From assembly GCF_002087085.1 (NCBI RefSeq), contig NZ_MWQY01000006.1:124001-188000 (forward strand): a stretch of DNA of 64,000 nucleotides, written 5' to 3'. The position numbers were made by a program, and so were the translations under genes. Positions 1 through 10,765 of the stretch are shown in pieces; position 1 is the first letter of the stretch; each line of letters begins with the position of its first letter. The notes under the pieces are model-generated. The model was not told the DNA's origin. It did not search any database and saw only the letters and a program-made list of their open reading frames with translations.

Positions 1-451
1 CTTTGTTGTCGACCACGACCCCGCCGCCGATACCGGTCCCGATGGTCAGGTATAAAAAGGTATCGCAGCCCCGTCCGGCACCATAGAGCCCTTCTCCCAG
101 GGCTGCGGCGTTTGTATCCGTGTCGAAACCGACGGGCACATTCATTCTGTTTGTAAAGAATCCGACAATATCGGTATCGGCCCACAGTATCTTAGGCGTC
201 GAGGTAATATTCCCGAAGGTATCTGAAGAAAGATCCAGATCCACCGGACCGAAGGAGCCGATACCCAGGGATGCAATGGGCCCCAGATCCTTTTCGCATC
301 CGCTAAAGAACTCATACGCCCGCATCATGGTCTCTTCCGGTGTTGTCGTGGGGAAACGGGTTTCCCTGAGTATTTCCACCGGTGAGTAGCCGACAGCGCA
401 GACAAATTTTGTACCCCCGGCTTCGATTCCGGCAAGCAGCGGTTTGGACAT
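1..451 (-). CDS. ROK family sugar kinase (fructokinase-like), 3' end outside window
   Basis: Manual translation from ATG at 451: MSKPLLAGIEAGGTKFVCAVG...GIGSFGPVDL...TSTPK...FDTDTNAAALGE...YLTIGTGIGGG (ROK motifs); GGAG upstream. Confidence 0.9.
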   Translation of the reverse strand, partial: MSKPLLAGIEAGGTKFVCAVGYSPVEILRETRFPTTTPEETMMRAYEFFSGCEKDLGPIASLGIGSFGPVDLDLSSDTFGNITSTPKILWADTDIVGFFTNRMNVPVGFDTDTNAAALGEGLYGAGRGCDTFLYLTIGTGIGGGVVVDNK

Positions 452-617
452 TATGCACTCCTTTTTACATATCACTTATGGAGCATTCTATCCCGGTTTT
501 CTGATTCTGTCGCGGGGTGCGAAGAACCCACCTCAGGCTCCTCCCGGGTCAAATCCAGCTCAACTTAAACAAAAGTTTAACACGAAATAGCTTGACCATC
601 CCCACAAACATTATTAC

Positions 618-638
618 ACATACAGACAGGTTGTATGT
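618..638. promoter_or_regulatory. Probable TetR/AcrR-type operator
   Basis: Inverted repeat ACATACA-N7-TGTATGT just before the TetR ATG; resembles the E. coli AcrR operator half-site TACATACA; TTGACC at 592-597. Confidence 0.65.
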
Positions 639-641
639 ATC

Positions 642-1256
642 ATGAGACGGACCAAGAAAGAAGCAGAACAGACCAAGGAATCCATCTTTCAGGCGGGGAT
701 AGAACTGCTGGCCAAAAAGGGGATTCATGAAACCTCCATGAGCGATATAGCCAGGGCAGCCGGCGTTACGCGGGGGGCCATCTACTGGCACTTCGAGAAC
801 AAGGAGGCCCTCCTGCGGGAGATCCACGGACGACTCCAGAATTTCTATCAGAGCCTGGTGGATGCTGTGCGCAATGATTCAGCTTCCCTTACAGAAAGCC
901 TCAACAAGACAGTACGACAGCTTTTTAAGAAATACCGGAAGGACGCCGCCTTCAGGCGCCTCCAGGACCTGAGTATCAAAATAAGTGTGCTCTATGCAGG
1001 AAATGATTCCATGGCGAATGATATAATTAAAACAGAAGAGCAGGATATCCGGCTCTTCTGTGAGGCCGTTAATGACAGTCCTGTAACCAAAAGTTGTACT
1101 CCTCTACAGCTCTTCATGATAATGGAATCACTGATTGGGGGCCTCCTGATCCGCCAGTACATACGTCAGGAGTTATTAAGCGATGAAGATATAGATGCCG
1201 CCGTGGCTTTCATAGTCAGGGGTTTTTCCGGCATCGGTGAAATTTCAGATAACTAA
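642..1256 (+). CDS. TetR/AcrR family transcriptional regulator
   Basis: N-terminal HTH TSMSDIARAAGVTRGAIYWHFENKEALL; first gene of the efflux operon. Confidence 0.95.
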   Translation: MRRTKKEAEQTKESIFQAGIELLAKKGIHETSMSDIARAAGVTRGAIYWHFENKEALLREIHGRLQNFYQSLVDAVRNDSASLTESLNKTVRQLFKKYRKDAAFRRLQDLSIKISVLYAGNDSMANDIIKTEEQDIRLFCEAVNDSPVTKSCTPLQLFMIMESLIGGLLIRQYIRQELLSDEDIDAAVAFIVRGFSGIGEISDN

Positions 1257-1273
1257 ACATCAGGAGAAAACAG

Positions 1274-2338
1274 ATGAATACTAAGCATTTACGAGTGCTG
1301 GCTATTGCAGCACTTTTGGCAGCAGCGCTTACCGGGTGTTCCCGGGAAGCTGAAGAGACAACCCGGAGCATAGACGAAATCCATGCCCAGGAAGGGATTC
1401 CCGTACGGGTTCGGGAATTAAAGCCGGAAACCTTTACGTCCAGACTGGGCTACACATCGTCCCTTACCGGATCGGTGGAGTCCACAGCATCAGCCCTGAT
1501 CGGAGACGTAATCGAGGAAGTTTTGGTTTCGGTTGGAGATTACGTGGAAAAAAACCAGGTTGTCCTGAGCTTTCCGGCGGACAATGCTTCGCTGAATTAT
1601 GAGCAGGTCAGGATCAATTTTGAGAACGCGAAAACCTCCTTCGAACGGATCAGCAGACTCTACACCGCCGAGCAGGGAATCTCCCGGCAGGATTACGACA
1701 ACGCCCGCACCCAGTACGAGATAGCCAAGGCCAACTGGGACACGGTACGGAAAATGAAGGACGTCCGGGCCCCGATCTCCGGGTACCTGACCCGGCTCAA
1801 CGTATTGGAGTCAGACAATGTGAGCCCCGGCGACCCCCTCTTCACGATTTCCAACCACACAAAGCTCAAGAGCACTGTCTGGGTCACCGACCGGGAAATC
1901 GGCAGGATCTCGGTGGGGCAGGAAGCAATCGCCGCCTGGCGGGAACATACTCTTCCCGGACGGGTCATCCAGGTCGATATGGCCATGGACCAGGAACGCA
2001 AGGCCTTTGCAGTAAAACTGGAGTTCGAGAACCCTGATCTTACTGTGCCCAGCGGCATAACCGCGGATATCGGTATTGAGGTCTACTCCAACGACAACAG
2101 CCTTATCGTAGACATGGGAGAGTTTGTAGAGAGCGTCGACGGTCGCTATGTTTTCCTCGCGGAAAACGGTGTCAGTAAACGACGGGAAATCACAACCGGT
2201 CAGCAGGAGGGACTCAAGTTCGAGGTCCTCAGCGGACTGACCCCGGGGGATACCCTGATTACCGAAGGAGTCAACCTGGTCTCCGACGGAAGCAAGATCC
2301 GGATAATCGCCGCCAACGAAAGCGTAGCCAGGCAATAA
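1274..2338 (+). CDS. RND efflux periplasmic adaptor (MFP), lipoprotein
   Basis: Lipobox LTGC, hairpin and lipoyl motif VRAPISG, C-terminal GLTPGDTLITEG; SD AGGAG. Confidence 0.93.
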   Translation: MNTKHLRVLAIAALLAAALTGCSREAEETTRSIDEIHAQEGIPVRVRELKPETFTSRLGYTSSLTGSVESTASALIGDVIEEVLVSVGDYVEKNQVVLSFPADNASLNYEQVRINFENAKTSFERISRLYTAEQGISRQDYDNARTQYEIAKANWDTVRKMKDVRAPISGYLTRLNVLESDNVSPGDPLFTISNHTKLKSTVWVTDREIGRISVGQEAIAAWREHTLPGRVIQVDMAMDQERKAFAVKLEFENPDLTVPSGITADIGIEVYSNDNSLIVDMGEFVESVDGRYVFLAENGVSKRREITTGQQEGLKFEVLSGLTPGDTLITEGVNLVSDGSKIRIIAANESVARQ

Positions 2339-2358
2339 GGCGAAAGGAGCCCCATTGT

Positions 2359-5300
2359 ATGATACTCTCTGATTTATCGATTAAACGGCCGGTCATGATA
2401 ACCATGTTCCTGGCCGCTCTTTTACTCTTCGGTGTGATCAGCTTTTTAGGTCTGGCCCTGAACCTGATGCCGGAGATGGATATTCCCTATGTTACCGTCC
2501 AGACGATCTACACCGGAGCAAGTCCCGAGCAGATTGAGGCCCAGATAACCCGGAAGATTGAAGACGAGGTCGGGACAGTCAGCCGCATAAAGAACATCAC
2601 CTCCTACAGTCTGGATTCGGCATCCATCATGATTATCGAGTTCGAACTTGGCAAAGATCCCGACACGGCTACCCGGGAGATCAAGGACAAGGTCGACTCC
2701 ATTATCAACGATCTGCCCGATGAAGCGGACGCCCCGATTGTGGAAAAGGTCGACATAACCGCCTTCCCCATCGTTGAGGTAATCATGGGCGGCAACATTG
2801 AAGCCACTGAACTCAACGAGCTTGCCGACAATGTCGTCAAGGAACGCCTCTCCCGTATCGAGGGAGTCGGATCCGTGAGTTTAAGCGGCGGTAAAGAACG
2901 GGAAATCCGGGTTGAGTTTGACAACCGGGTAGTCTACGAGAAGAATATCTCCCTGACCCAGGTGGGGCAGATCCTGGCGGCGGCCAATTTCAACCTGCCG
3001 GGAGGAAACTTCCAGACCGAAGGCCGGGACTTCTCCGTCCGCATGGAAGGGGAGTTCGAAACCCTGGCGGAGCTCTCTAACCTGGATATCCCCACCTCCG
3101 CAGGAACCTCAAAGCTCAGCAATATAGCCGAGGTCCGGGACACCGGCGCCACAGTCCGGGAACGCACAGTCTTTTTCGATAACAGGCTGAAGGAGCGGGA
3201 CGAAAACACCGTTCGTATCAGCATAATCAAGAGCCCCGACGGCAACGCGGTTGAGGTTGCAGAGGGCGTCCGGGAGGCGCTTCCCGACCTTGTTTCCCAG
3301 CTTCCAGCCGGGGTAAACCTGGAGGTAATCCGGGACGAGTCGGACTTTATTCAGGGGACGGTGGACGATACCCTTTCCAATATTTTAATGGGTATCGGAC
3401 TGACCGCCCTGGTCATCCTCTTCTTCCTGCACGATCTTCGCTCGACTGTTATTGTCGCCCTGGCCATGCCCATGTCGATAATTCCGACCTTTCTGATAAT
3501 GAGCGTAATGGGCATGTCCCTCAACCTTATGTCCCTGATGGGACTTTCCACCGCCGTCGGTGTACTGGTCATGAACTCGGTTGTAGTTCTAGAAAACATC
3601 TTCCGGCATAAAGAGATGGGTCATGATAAGCGGACCGCCGCCGCCAGGGGGACCTCAGAAGTCGTGGTAGCTGTCGTGGCATCCACCATGACCAACGTCG
3701 CGGTTTTTCTACCCATGGCGAACATGAGCGGCATGGCGGGACTCTTTCTTAAAGAGTTCGCTGTTACCGTTGTCATTGCCACCCTCTTTTCCATGCTGAT
3801 CTCCTTTACCCTGACCCCGATGCTGGCCTCGATCCTGCTCCCGGAGCATGACACCAAGAAACACCCCATCGGCCAGCGTCTTGAGGCCTGGTTCAGCGGA
3901 CTGGAATCGGGCTATAAAAGGCTTCTGTCGCTCCTTTTGAAAAGCAAAACCCGCTCTACACTCCTCATAGGCGGAACCCTCGTCGCTTTTGTCGTCACCA
4001 TGCTCCTCTTCAGCAGGGTTCCCTTTGAATTCGCCCCCTTCATGGACCAGGGACAGATCGAAATAAAGGTAGAGCTCCCCGAGGGCAGCAACCTGAGCCG
4101 AAGCGCCAGGACGCTGGAAGCGGTGGAATCGCGGATTGCCGAATTTCCTGAGGTCAAAACCGTTACCACGACCATCGGGTCCCTTTCCCAGATCGACCGG
4201 GGAACAAACCTGGCGGTCATGAGTGTCGCCCTTGCGGACAAGGATGAGCGCGACGCTTCGACGGTGGAACTCGCGGCGGAGTTCAGCGGCCACCTGGCGG
4301 ACATACCCAACGCCAGAATACGGGTGACCCCGGTAAATGGAATGGGAGGAGGAAGAGGATCCCAGGTCTCCTTCTATCTGCAGGGGGAGAATCTGGCCCA
4401 GGTGGAAATATACCGCCAGGAGCTTGTATCCCGTTTACGGCAGATCCCCGGACTCATAAACGTATCCACATCCACGAAACCCGGCACCCCTGAGATTGTC
4501 CTGAGACCTGACAGGATGAAGCTGAGCGAAGCGGGGCTTTCGGTTCAGCAGCTTGCCATGACCATGCGGGCAGCCGTGGAAGGTATGGTTATGACCACCT
4601 TCAAGGAACGGGGACAGGAGTACGATGTGCGGGTCACCCTGAACGACGAGGATGTTTCGGGCATTGAAGAGATAGAAAACATTCTCCTTCCCACGAAGGC
4701 CGGCATATACCCCATATCTCACTTTGCCGAAGTACAGACAGGCAAGGGTATCAACCAGATCCTGAGAGTGAACAAGACAACCTCGGTAGAGTTTACCGGC
4801 GATCTTGCCCCGGGATACGTACTGGGAGAGATTACCGGCAGCATCGACAGTACCGTTGCCAATATGGATATGGAAGAGGGAGTCAGCATGCGCTGGGCTG
4901 GAAACGCCGAGATGCTGCAGGAGACCATCATGGACATGCTCTTTGTCTTTATTCTGGCAGTGGTGCTAACCTACATGCTGCTGGCGGCAATCCTGGAGAA
5001 GTTCGGTCAGCCGGTCCTGATCCTCTCCACTATTCCTCTCTCCCTGATGGGTGTGGTACTGGCTTTTCTGCTCACTGACAAAACCATGAACATGGTCTCC
5101 ATGCTGGCCATCGTAATGCTGGTTGGAATGGTGGTAAACAACGCCATCCTGATCCTGGATTACGCCAATCAGCTCAGGGCCGGGGGAATGAATGTTCACG
5201 ACGCCATACTCGAAGCCGCTCCCACCAAGCTAAAACCCATAATCATGTCCAACCTGGCCACCATGCTGGGCATGCTGCCCATGGCACTGGGAATCGGGGC

Positions 5301-5442
5301 TTCGGGAGCCGAGATGCGTCAGCCCATGGGTATCGTCAGCATCGGTGGACTCTTCGCCGCTACCTTCCTGTCGCTGTTCGTGATACCGGCACTGGAAAAT
5401 TCCATCGAGTCGCGTAAAGTACGACGCGCCAAAAGTACATAA
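2359..5442 (+). CDS. RND efflux permease (AcrB/AcrD/AcrF family)
   Basis: 1027 aa; starts LSIKRPV; two large periplasmic domains; GAEMRQPMG near the C-terminus. Confidence 0.95.
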   Translation: MILSDLSIKRPVMITMFLAALLLFGVISFLGLALNLMPEMDIPYVTVQTIYTGASPEQIEAQITRKIEDEVGTVSRIKNITSYSLDSASIMIIEFELGKDPDTATREIKDKVDSIINDLPDEADAPIVEKVDITAFPIVEVIMGGNIEATELNELADNVVKERLSRIEGVGSVSLSGGKEREIRVEFDNRVVYEKNISLTQVGQILAAANFNLPGGNFQTEGRDFSVRMEGEFETLAELSNLDIPTSAGTSKLSNIAEVRDTGATVRERTVFFDNRLKERDENTVRISIIKSPDGNAVEVAEGVREALPDLVSQLPAGVNLEVIRDESDFIQGTVDDTLSNILMGIGLTALVILFFLHDLRSTVIVALAMPMSIIPTFLIMSVMGMSLNLMSLMGLSTAVGVLVMNSVVVLENIFRHKEMGHDKRTAAARGTSEVVVAVVASTMTNVAVFLPMANMSGMAGLFLKEFAVTVVIATLFSMLISFTLTPMLASILLPEHDTKKHPIGQRLEAWFSGLESGYKRLLSLLLKSKTRSTLLIGGTLVAFVVTMLLFSRVPFEFAPFMDQGQIEIKVELPEGSNLSRSARTLEAVESRIAEFPEVKTVTTTIGSLSQIDRGTNLAVMSVALADKDERDASTVELAAEFSGHLADIPNARIRVTPVNGMGGGRGSQVSFYLQGENLAQVEIYRQELVSRLRQIPGLINVSTSTKPGTPEIVLRPDRMKLSEAGLSVQQLAMTMRAAVEGMVMTTFKERGQEYDVRVTLNDEDVSGIEEIENILLPTKAGIYPISHFAEVQTGKGINQILRVNKTTSVEFTGDLAPGYVLGEITGSIDSTVANMDMEEGVSMRWAGNAEMLQETIMDMLFVFILAVVLTYMLLAAILEKFGQPVLILSTIPLSLMGVVLAFLLTDKTMNMVSMLAIVMLVGMVVNNAILILDYANQLRAGGMNVHDAILEAAPTKLKPIIMSNLATMLGMLPMALGIGASGAEMRQPMGIVSIGGLFAATFLSLFVIPALENSIESRKVRRAKST

Positions 5443-5454
5443 AGGAGATAGAAG

Positions 5455-6753
5455 ATGAAGCGTTTTATCCTGATTCTTACTGCTTTCAGTTTTCTCGCCC
5501 TGGGCCTGCCTGCCCAGGAGCAGAGCATAGATCTGGCGGACTTTCTCTCCCTGGTGGAAAAGAACAGCCTCGACCTTACGGCGGCGGAAACCGACCGGCT
5601 CCTCGCCGAGGCCCAGGAACGCCTGGCAAAATCCGCGATATACCCCATGATCGGCGGCCAGGCAGGCTATACCCGCAACTTTATCGAGATAACCCAGGAC
5701 ATGGGCCCCCTTGGGGAGATTCCCATGAATACGGACAACGAGTTCAGCTTCGGGGTATCCGTCGAGCAAGCTATCTTCGACATGAAGGCCTTCCGCGGTG
5801 TGGAGGCAAGCAGGGAATACCTCAAGCTCACAGGCTCCGCCTACGAAGCTACCCGTCAGGCCATAATGACGGCTGCCAAGAAACTCTTTTACCAGTCCCT
5901 TCTGCTGCAGAAGGTGCTGGAGGTACGGGAGTCCTCCCAGGCGAATGCCTACGATACCTTCCAGGAAACCCGGGCGAAGTTCGAAAACGGAATAGCCTCG
6001 AAGATGGACGTTCTGCGGGCGGAGGTCAACTGGAAGGTTACCATCCCCGAGACCACCCAGGCGGCGAAAAATCTGGATGTCGCCCTGAACAACCTTAAGA
6101 ACATGGCGGGTATAGCCCCGGAAGAGACGATACAGCTTTCCGGCTCCCTTATGGAGTACCCGGAGCTTCCGCCGAAACTGCCGCTCCAGGAGATTCTGAG
6201 CTCCCGTCCGGATTACGAAGCCCTGCTGAACCAGCGTCAGCTTCAGGAGATCAACGTGGCAGCCAAAAGGGCCGAGTTCTATCCCAGCCTTTCCGCCAAT
6301 ATTACCTACGGCTGGCAGGCGGCGAACAACGAGTTCGACTTATCGGATCCCACGGATTCCTTAAGCGCGGGGCTGACGGTGAATATTCCAATCTTTTACG
6401 GAGGAAGCCGCTTTGCCCAGCTGGATCAGGCCAGGCTCGAGCTGGAGCAGACCCATACCAGCATCGCCAAAAAACAGGACGACGTCCGCACCCAGATTGA
6501 ATCCATCCGCCTGAGCCTGAAGGAAGCCTCCGACCGCATCGAGTCCGCCCGGCAGACCCTGAGTACCGCCGAACAGGCCTACGAGATAACCAGCACCTCC
6601 CTGGAAAGCGGTCTCGCTACCCAGCTTGAATTGAAGGATGCCCGCCTGAGCCTGGAAGGGGCCCAGCTCCAGTACTATTCGGCTATTTTCGATTACCTGA
6701 ACGCCTACTTCGACTGGCAGTCCGCTGTCGGCGTAGGAGCGGAACTGCTATAG
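5455..6753 (+). CDS. TolC family outer membrane efflux protein
   Basis: Signal peptide, two OEP repeats (YPMIGG / FYPSLSA...IPIFYGG); last gene of the operon. Confidence 0.9.
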   Translation: MKRFILILTAFSFLALGLPAQEQSIDLADFLSLVEKNSLDLTAAETDRLLAEAQERLAKSAIYPMIGGQAGYTRNFIEITQDMGPLGEIPMNTDNEFSFGVSVEQAIFDMKAFRGVEASREYLKLTGSAYEATRQAIMTAAKKLFYQSLLLQKVLEVRESSQANAYDTFQETRAKFENGIASKMDVLRAEVNWKVTIPETTQAAKNLDVALNNLKNMAGIAPEETIQLSGSLMEYPELPPKLPLQEILSSRPDYEALLNQRQLQEINVAAKRAEFYPSLSANITYGWQAANNEFDLSDPTDSLSAGLTVNIPIFYGGSRFAQLDQARLELEQTHTSIAKKQDDVRTQIESIRLSLKEASDRIESARQTLSTAEQAYEITSTSLESGLATQLELKDARLSLEGAQLQYYSAIFDYLNAYFDWQSAVGVGAELL

Positions 6754-6840
6754 ACAGCGGGGGCCGTTTCGGATATTCTTTTCCGCGTCGGCCCTCTTTT
6801 TCGGCCCAACCTACCTTAGTATTCAAGGATACCAGTACAT

Positions 6841-8673
6841 ATGCCCCATCGCGACGCGAGAAACGAAAATTTACGTAACATTGCCATAATAGCCCACGTA
6901 GACCATGGTAAAACAACCCTGGTGGACTCCCTGTTCAAGCAGAGCGGGACCTTCCGAGATGGAAAAGAGACGGAAGAACGGCTCATGGATTCCATGGAAC
7001 TCGAGCGGGAGCGGGGAATCACCATCGCCGCCAAAAACTGCTCGGTCAGCTGGAAGGGCATAAAGATCAATATCCTGGATACCCCGGGGCACGCCGATTT
7101 CGGCGGCGAGGTCGAACGGGCCCTCTCCATGGTGGACGGGGCGATCCTGCTGGTGGACGCCTCCGAGGGTCCCCTGCCCCAGACCCGGTTTGTGCTCTCC
7201 AAGGCGCTGCAGGCGGGCCTCAAGATCATCGTTGTCATCAACAAGATCGACCGCTCCGACGCACGGCCGCTGCAGGTGGCTGACCAGGTGTCGGACCTGC
7301 TTATCGATCTTGACGCCACGGAGGAGCAGCTTGATTATCCCCTGCTCTTTGCCGACGGCCGTGCGGGTATAGCAAAAAATAGCCTCGAGGAGGAGTCCTC
7401 CGACCTGTCGGTACTCTTTGAAGCCATCCTCAGCGAAATCCCCGCCCCGGCCTACGAGTCTGCAGCCCCTTTCCAGATGCTGGTCTCCGACCTCTCCTAC
7501 TCCGACTTTCTGGGACGCCTGATTATCGGCAAGGTGGTCAACGGCAGCGCCCGATCCCGGGAGAGCCTTGTCTGTCTTGGAGAGAAGGACCGCAGAATGC
7601 CGGTGAATGTAAGCAAACTCCAGGTCTATGCGGGCCCGGCCCTGGTGGAAGCTCCGGAGGCCCGGGCGGGAGACATCGTTGTTCTTGCCGGGGTGGATGA
7701 GGTGCATATCGGGGATACCATCTGTACAAAGGAGAACCCCAAAGCCCTGCCCCGGATAACCGTGGACGAGCCTACGGTGGCCATGCGTTTTGCTGCCAAT
7801 ACCTCACCTTTTTCCGGAATGGAGGGTAAATTCGTCCAGTCCAGCAAACTCAAGGAGCGCCTCGAAAAGGAGACCCTCAAGAACGTATCTCTGCAGGTCG
7901 AGAATGCCGCCGACGGCGACGGCTTTATTGTAAAGGGGCGGGGAGAGTTTCAGCTGGCTATCCTGATAGAGACCATGCGCAGGGAAGGTTTCGAACTCTG
8001 CGTCGGCCGTCCGGAGGTAATCTACCGGGAAGAAAAGGGAAAGCGGACCGAACCCATAGAACACCTGGCGGTGGACTGCGAGGAACTCTTCTCGGGCATC
8101 GTCACCGAGAAGCTTTCCAAACGCAAGGGACGCATGGTGAGTTATGTAAATCACGAAAGCGGCCGGGTCCGCCTTGAGTTCAGCGTACCTTCCCGGGCCC
8201 TTATCGGCTACCGGGATGAGTTCCTCACCGATACCAAGGGGACGGGCATCATGAACTCCTATCTTACCGGCTACGAAGAGTACCGGGGAGATTTTCCCCA
8301 GCGCTTTACCGGTTCCCTGGTCTCCGACCGCAGAGGCGAGGCCGTAGCCTACGCCCTCTTCAACCTGGAACCCCGAGGCTCCATGTTTGTAGTTCCCGGC
8401 GACAAGGTCTACGAGGGCATGATCGTGGGAGAGCACAATCGGGAAAACGACCTGAATGTGAACCCCTGCAAAGAGAAGAAACTCTCCAATATGCGGGCAG
8501 CCGGCAAGGACGATAATGTTATCCTCTCTCCCGTCCTGCCCATGACCCTGGAACGGGCTATTCAGTTCATCCGGGAGGATGAGATGGTGGAGGTAACCCC
8601 CAAATCGATCCGCCTCAGAAAGCGTATCCTCGCCGCTTCCAACAGAAAGATCGCGGAAAAACGGGCGGGCTGA
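6841..8673 (+). CDS. typA: Translational GTPase TypA/BipA
   Basis: IAHVDHGKTTLVD, RERGITI, DTPGHADFGGEVER, NKID, C-terminal EVTPKSIRLRK. Confidence 0.97.
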   Translation: MPHRDARNENLRNIAIIAHVDHGKTTLVDSLFKQSGTFRDGKETEERLMDSMELERERGITIAAKNCSVSWKGIKINILDTPGHADFGGEVERALSMVDGAILLVDASEGPLPQTRFVLSKALQAGLKIIVVINKIDRSDARPLQVADQVSDLLIDLDATEEQLDYPLLFADGRAGIAKNSLEEESSDLSVLFEAILSEIPAPAYESAAPFQMLVSDLSYSDFLGRLIIGKVVNGSARSRESLVCLGEKDRRMPVNVSKLQVYAGPALVEAPEARAGDIVVLAGVDEVHIGDTICTKENPKALPRITVDEPTVAMRFAANTSPFSGMEGKFVQSSKLKERLEKETLKNVSLQVENAADGDGFIVKGRGEFQLAILIETMRREGFELCVGRPEVIYREEKGKRTEPIEHLAVDCEELFSGIVTEKLSKRKGRMVSYVNHESGRVRLEFSVPSRALIGYRDEFLTDTKGTGIMNSYLTGYEEYRGDFPQRFTGSLVSDRRGEAVAYALFNLEPRGSMFVVPGDKVYEGMIVGEHNRENDLNVNPCKEKKLSNMRAAGKDDNVILSPVLPMTLERAIQFIREDEMVEVTPKSIRLRKRILAASNRKIAEKRAG

Positions 8674-8674
8674 G

Positions 8675-10765
8675 TCAGTTTCCTGCCCGATACCGCAGGA
8701 CTCTGGTGGAGTTCAGTACCGCCAGCAGGGCAACCCCGACATCGGCGACAACCGCCAGTCCCATTGAGAGGCTTCCCAGTACCCCGAAAAGCAGGAAAAC
8801 CGCCTTGAAGCCCGCTGCAAACAGTATGTTCTGCCATACTATGCGGCGGGTCCTTCCGGCAATTTCAAGGGCTTCGGGGATGCGGCTCAGCCTGTCGTCC
8901 ATGATAACCAGATCAGCTGCCTCAACCGCGGCATCGGAGCCCAGGCCCCCCATGGCAATCCCCACATCCGCCCGCATGATAACCGGGGCGTCGTTGATAC
9001 CGTCTCCCACGAAGGCGGTGGATCTGCCGGTACTGTCCGCCATGATCCTCTCCAGGTTCTCCACCTTCTCCTCAGGCAGAAGCCCCGCCCTGTAATCGTC
9101 AAGCCCGGTCCCGGCGGCGATCCCTGCAGCCCGGCTCTCATCGTCTCCGGTGAGCATCATGATCCGGCGTATCCCCTGCCGACGCAGTCTCTGAACAGTC
9201 CCGGGAGCCTCATCCTTTATGCTGTCCCCCAGTTCAAAGGATCCGGCATATACACCGCCCACAGCCACATGGACCGCTGAGTCTCCAAAGCCGGAAGGTA
9301 TTTCCACACCCTCCCTGGCAAGCAGTCGTGGCGAGCCTGCCAGAATCTGCTGACCATCGACTTCTGCGCTTATACCATAGCCCTTCTCTTCACGGTATCC
9401 GCCTGTTTGCCAGGAGGCGGGGAGATCTCCCCGGGCTTCCCTGATGGAACGGGCAATGGGATGATTCGAGTGAGATTCCGCGGCGGCAGCGTAATCCAGA
9501 AGCTCCTCCCGGGTGAAGCCCGGGGCGACATGTATTTTCTGCAGCCTGAACTCTCCCCGGGTGAGGGTCCCGGTCTTGTCGAAGACCAGGGTGCCGAGAT
9601 CCTTGAGTGCATCCAGAACCTCCGCCCCTTTTACCAGAATCCTGTGCCGCGAAGCGGCGCCGATCCCCGCGAAGTAGCCCAGGGGGATGGAGACGACCAG
9701 GGCACAGGGACAGGATATGACCAGAACCACCAGGGCCCGGTAGATCCAGGGGCTGAAAGGACCGCCAGTCAGCAGGGGCGGAACCAGAGCGGATGCCAGA
9801 GCAATGGCCACCACCATGGGGGTATAGACCCGGGCAAAGCGGGTTATAAATTTCTCCGTGGGCGATTTCCTGCCAGAAGCCTCTTCCACCAGGCTGAGGA
9901 TCCTGGCGGCGGAACTCTCCCCGAAGGGCCGGGTCGTCCGTATCCGCAGACGACCATCGTCGTTGACGAAGCCCGCGGAGACCTCGCTGCCGGAATCGAC
10001 CCGACGCTGCACCGATTCCCCGGTCAGAGCGGCGGTATCGACGAAGGATGCTCCATCGAGAACGGTCCCGTCCAGAGGGATGGTTTCTCCCGGTCGGACC
10101 TCGATGACCGACCCGACCTCCACCTTCACAGGATCGACGATCACTGTCCCGTCGCCCTGCACAAGCCTGGCGGAGTCGGGACGCAGCTTCATCATTTCGC
10201 GGATCGACCGTCGGGATCCTGCGACAGCCCGATCCTGAAGGGCCTCACCGATGGAATAGAAGAGCATAACCCCCACCGCTTCATGGATTTCACCAATGGC
10301 AATTGCCCCCAGACTGGCAATGGACATCAAAAAGAGCTCGTCGAAAACACGTCCCTTCAGGATGTTGCGAAGGGCCCCATAGAGCACATGGCTGCCGGCA
10401 AGCAGAAAGGCCGGGACCAGCAGGACATGGAGACCCCAGCCGCCAAGCATGCTGTACAGGGTATCCGAGAAAACCAGGCCTGCGGCAAACAGAAGGGCTG
10501 CCAGGCCGATACGGAAGACGGTAAAGCCGGCTCCCTGCGGGACTGATTCCCCGCCTCCGTCCTCTTCATCACGCAGGGAAGCTCCAGGTTCCACCCGGTT
10601 CAATACTTCCCGGGCCTTTATATAACGAGAGGGATCGATCGAGAGGGTTCCGTTGGCAAAATTGAAAACTGCCGTTTCCAGCCCCTCGGTCCTCCGCATC
10701 TCCTCTTCTATGGTATTCGCACACATGGCACAATCCACACCGTCGACACGATACTGTTTGCTCAT
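8675..10765 (-). CDS. cadA: Heavy-metal (Zn/Cd-type) P1B ATPase, CadA/ZntA-like
   Basis: N-terminal DCAMC metal site, TGES, SCPC, DKTGT, HP, GDGINDAP. Confidence 0.92.
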   Translation of the reverse strand: MSKQYRVDGVDCAMCANTIEEEMRRTEGLETAVFNFANGTLSIDPSRYIKAREVLNRVEPGASLRDEEDGGGESVPQGAGFTVFRIGLAALLFAAGLVFSDTLYSMLGGWGLHVLLVPAFLLAGSHVLYGALRNILKGRVFDELFLMSIASLGAIAIGEIHEAVGVMLFYSIGEALQDRAVAGSRRSIREMMKLRPDSARLVQGDGTVIVDPVKVEVGSVIEVRPGETIPLDGTVLDGASFVDTAALTGESVQRRVDSGSEVSAGFVNDDGRLRIRTTRPFGESSAARILSLVEEASGRKSPTEKFITRFARVYTPMVVAIALASALVPPLLTGGPFSPWIYRALVVLVISCPCALVVSIPLGYFAGIGAASRHRILVKGAEVLDALKDLGTLVFDKTGTLTRGEFRLQKIHVAPGFTREELLDYAAAAESHSNHPIARSIREARGDLPASWQTGGYREEKGYGISAEVDGQQILAGSPRLLAREGVEIPSGFGDSAVHVAVGGVYAGSFELGDSIKDEAPGTVQRLRRQGIRRIMMLTGDDESRAAGIAAGTGLDDYRAGLLPEEKVENLERIMADSTGRSTAFVGDGINDAPVIMRADVGIAMGGLGSDAAVEAADLVIMDDRLSRIPEALEIAGRTRRIVWQNILFAAGFKAVFLLFGVLGSLSMGLAVVADVGVALLAVLNSTRVLRYRAGN

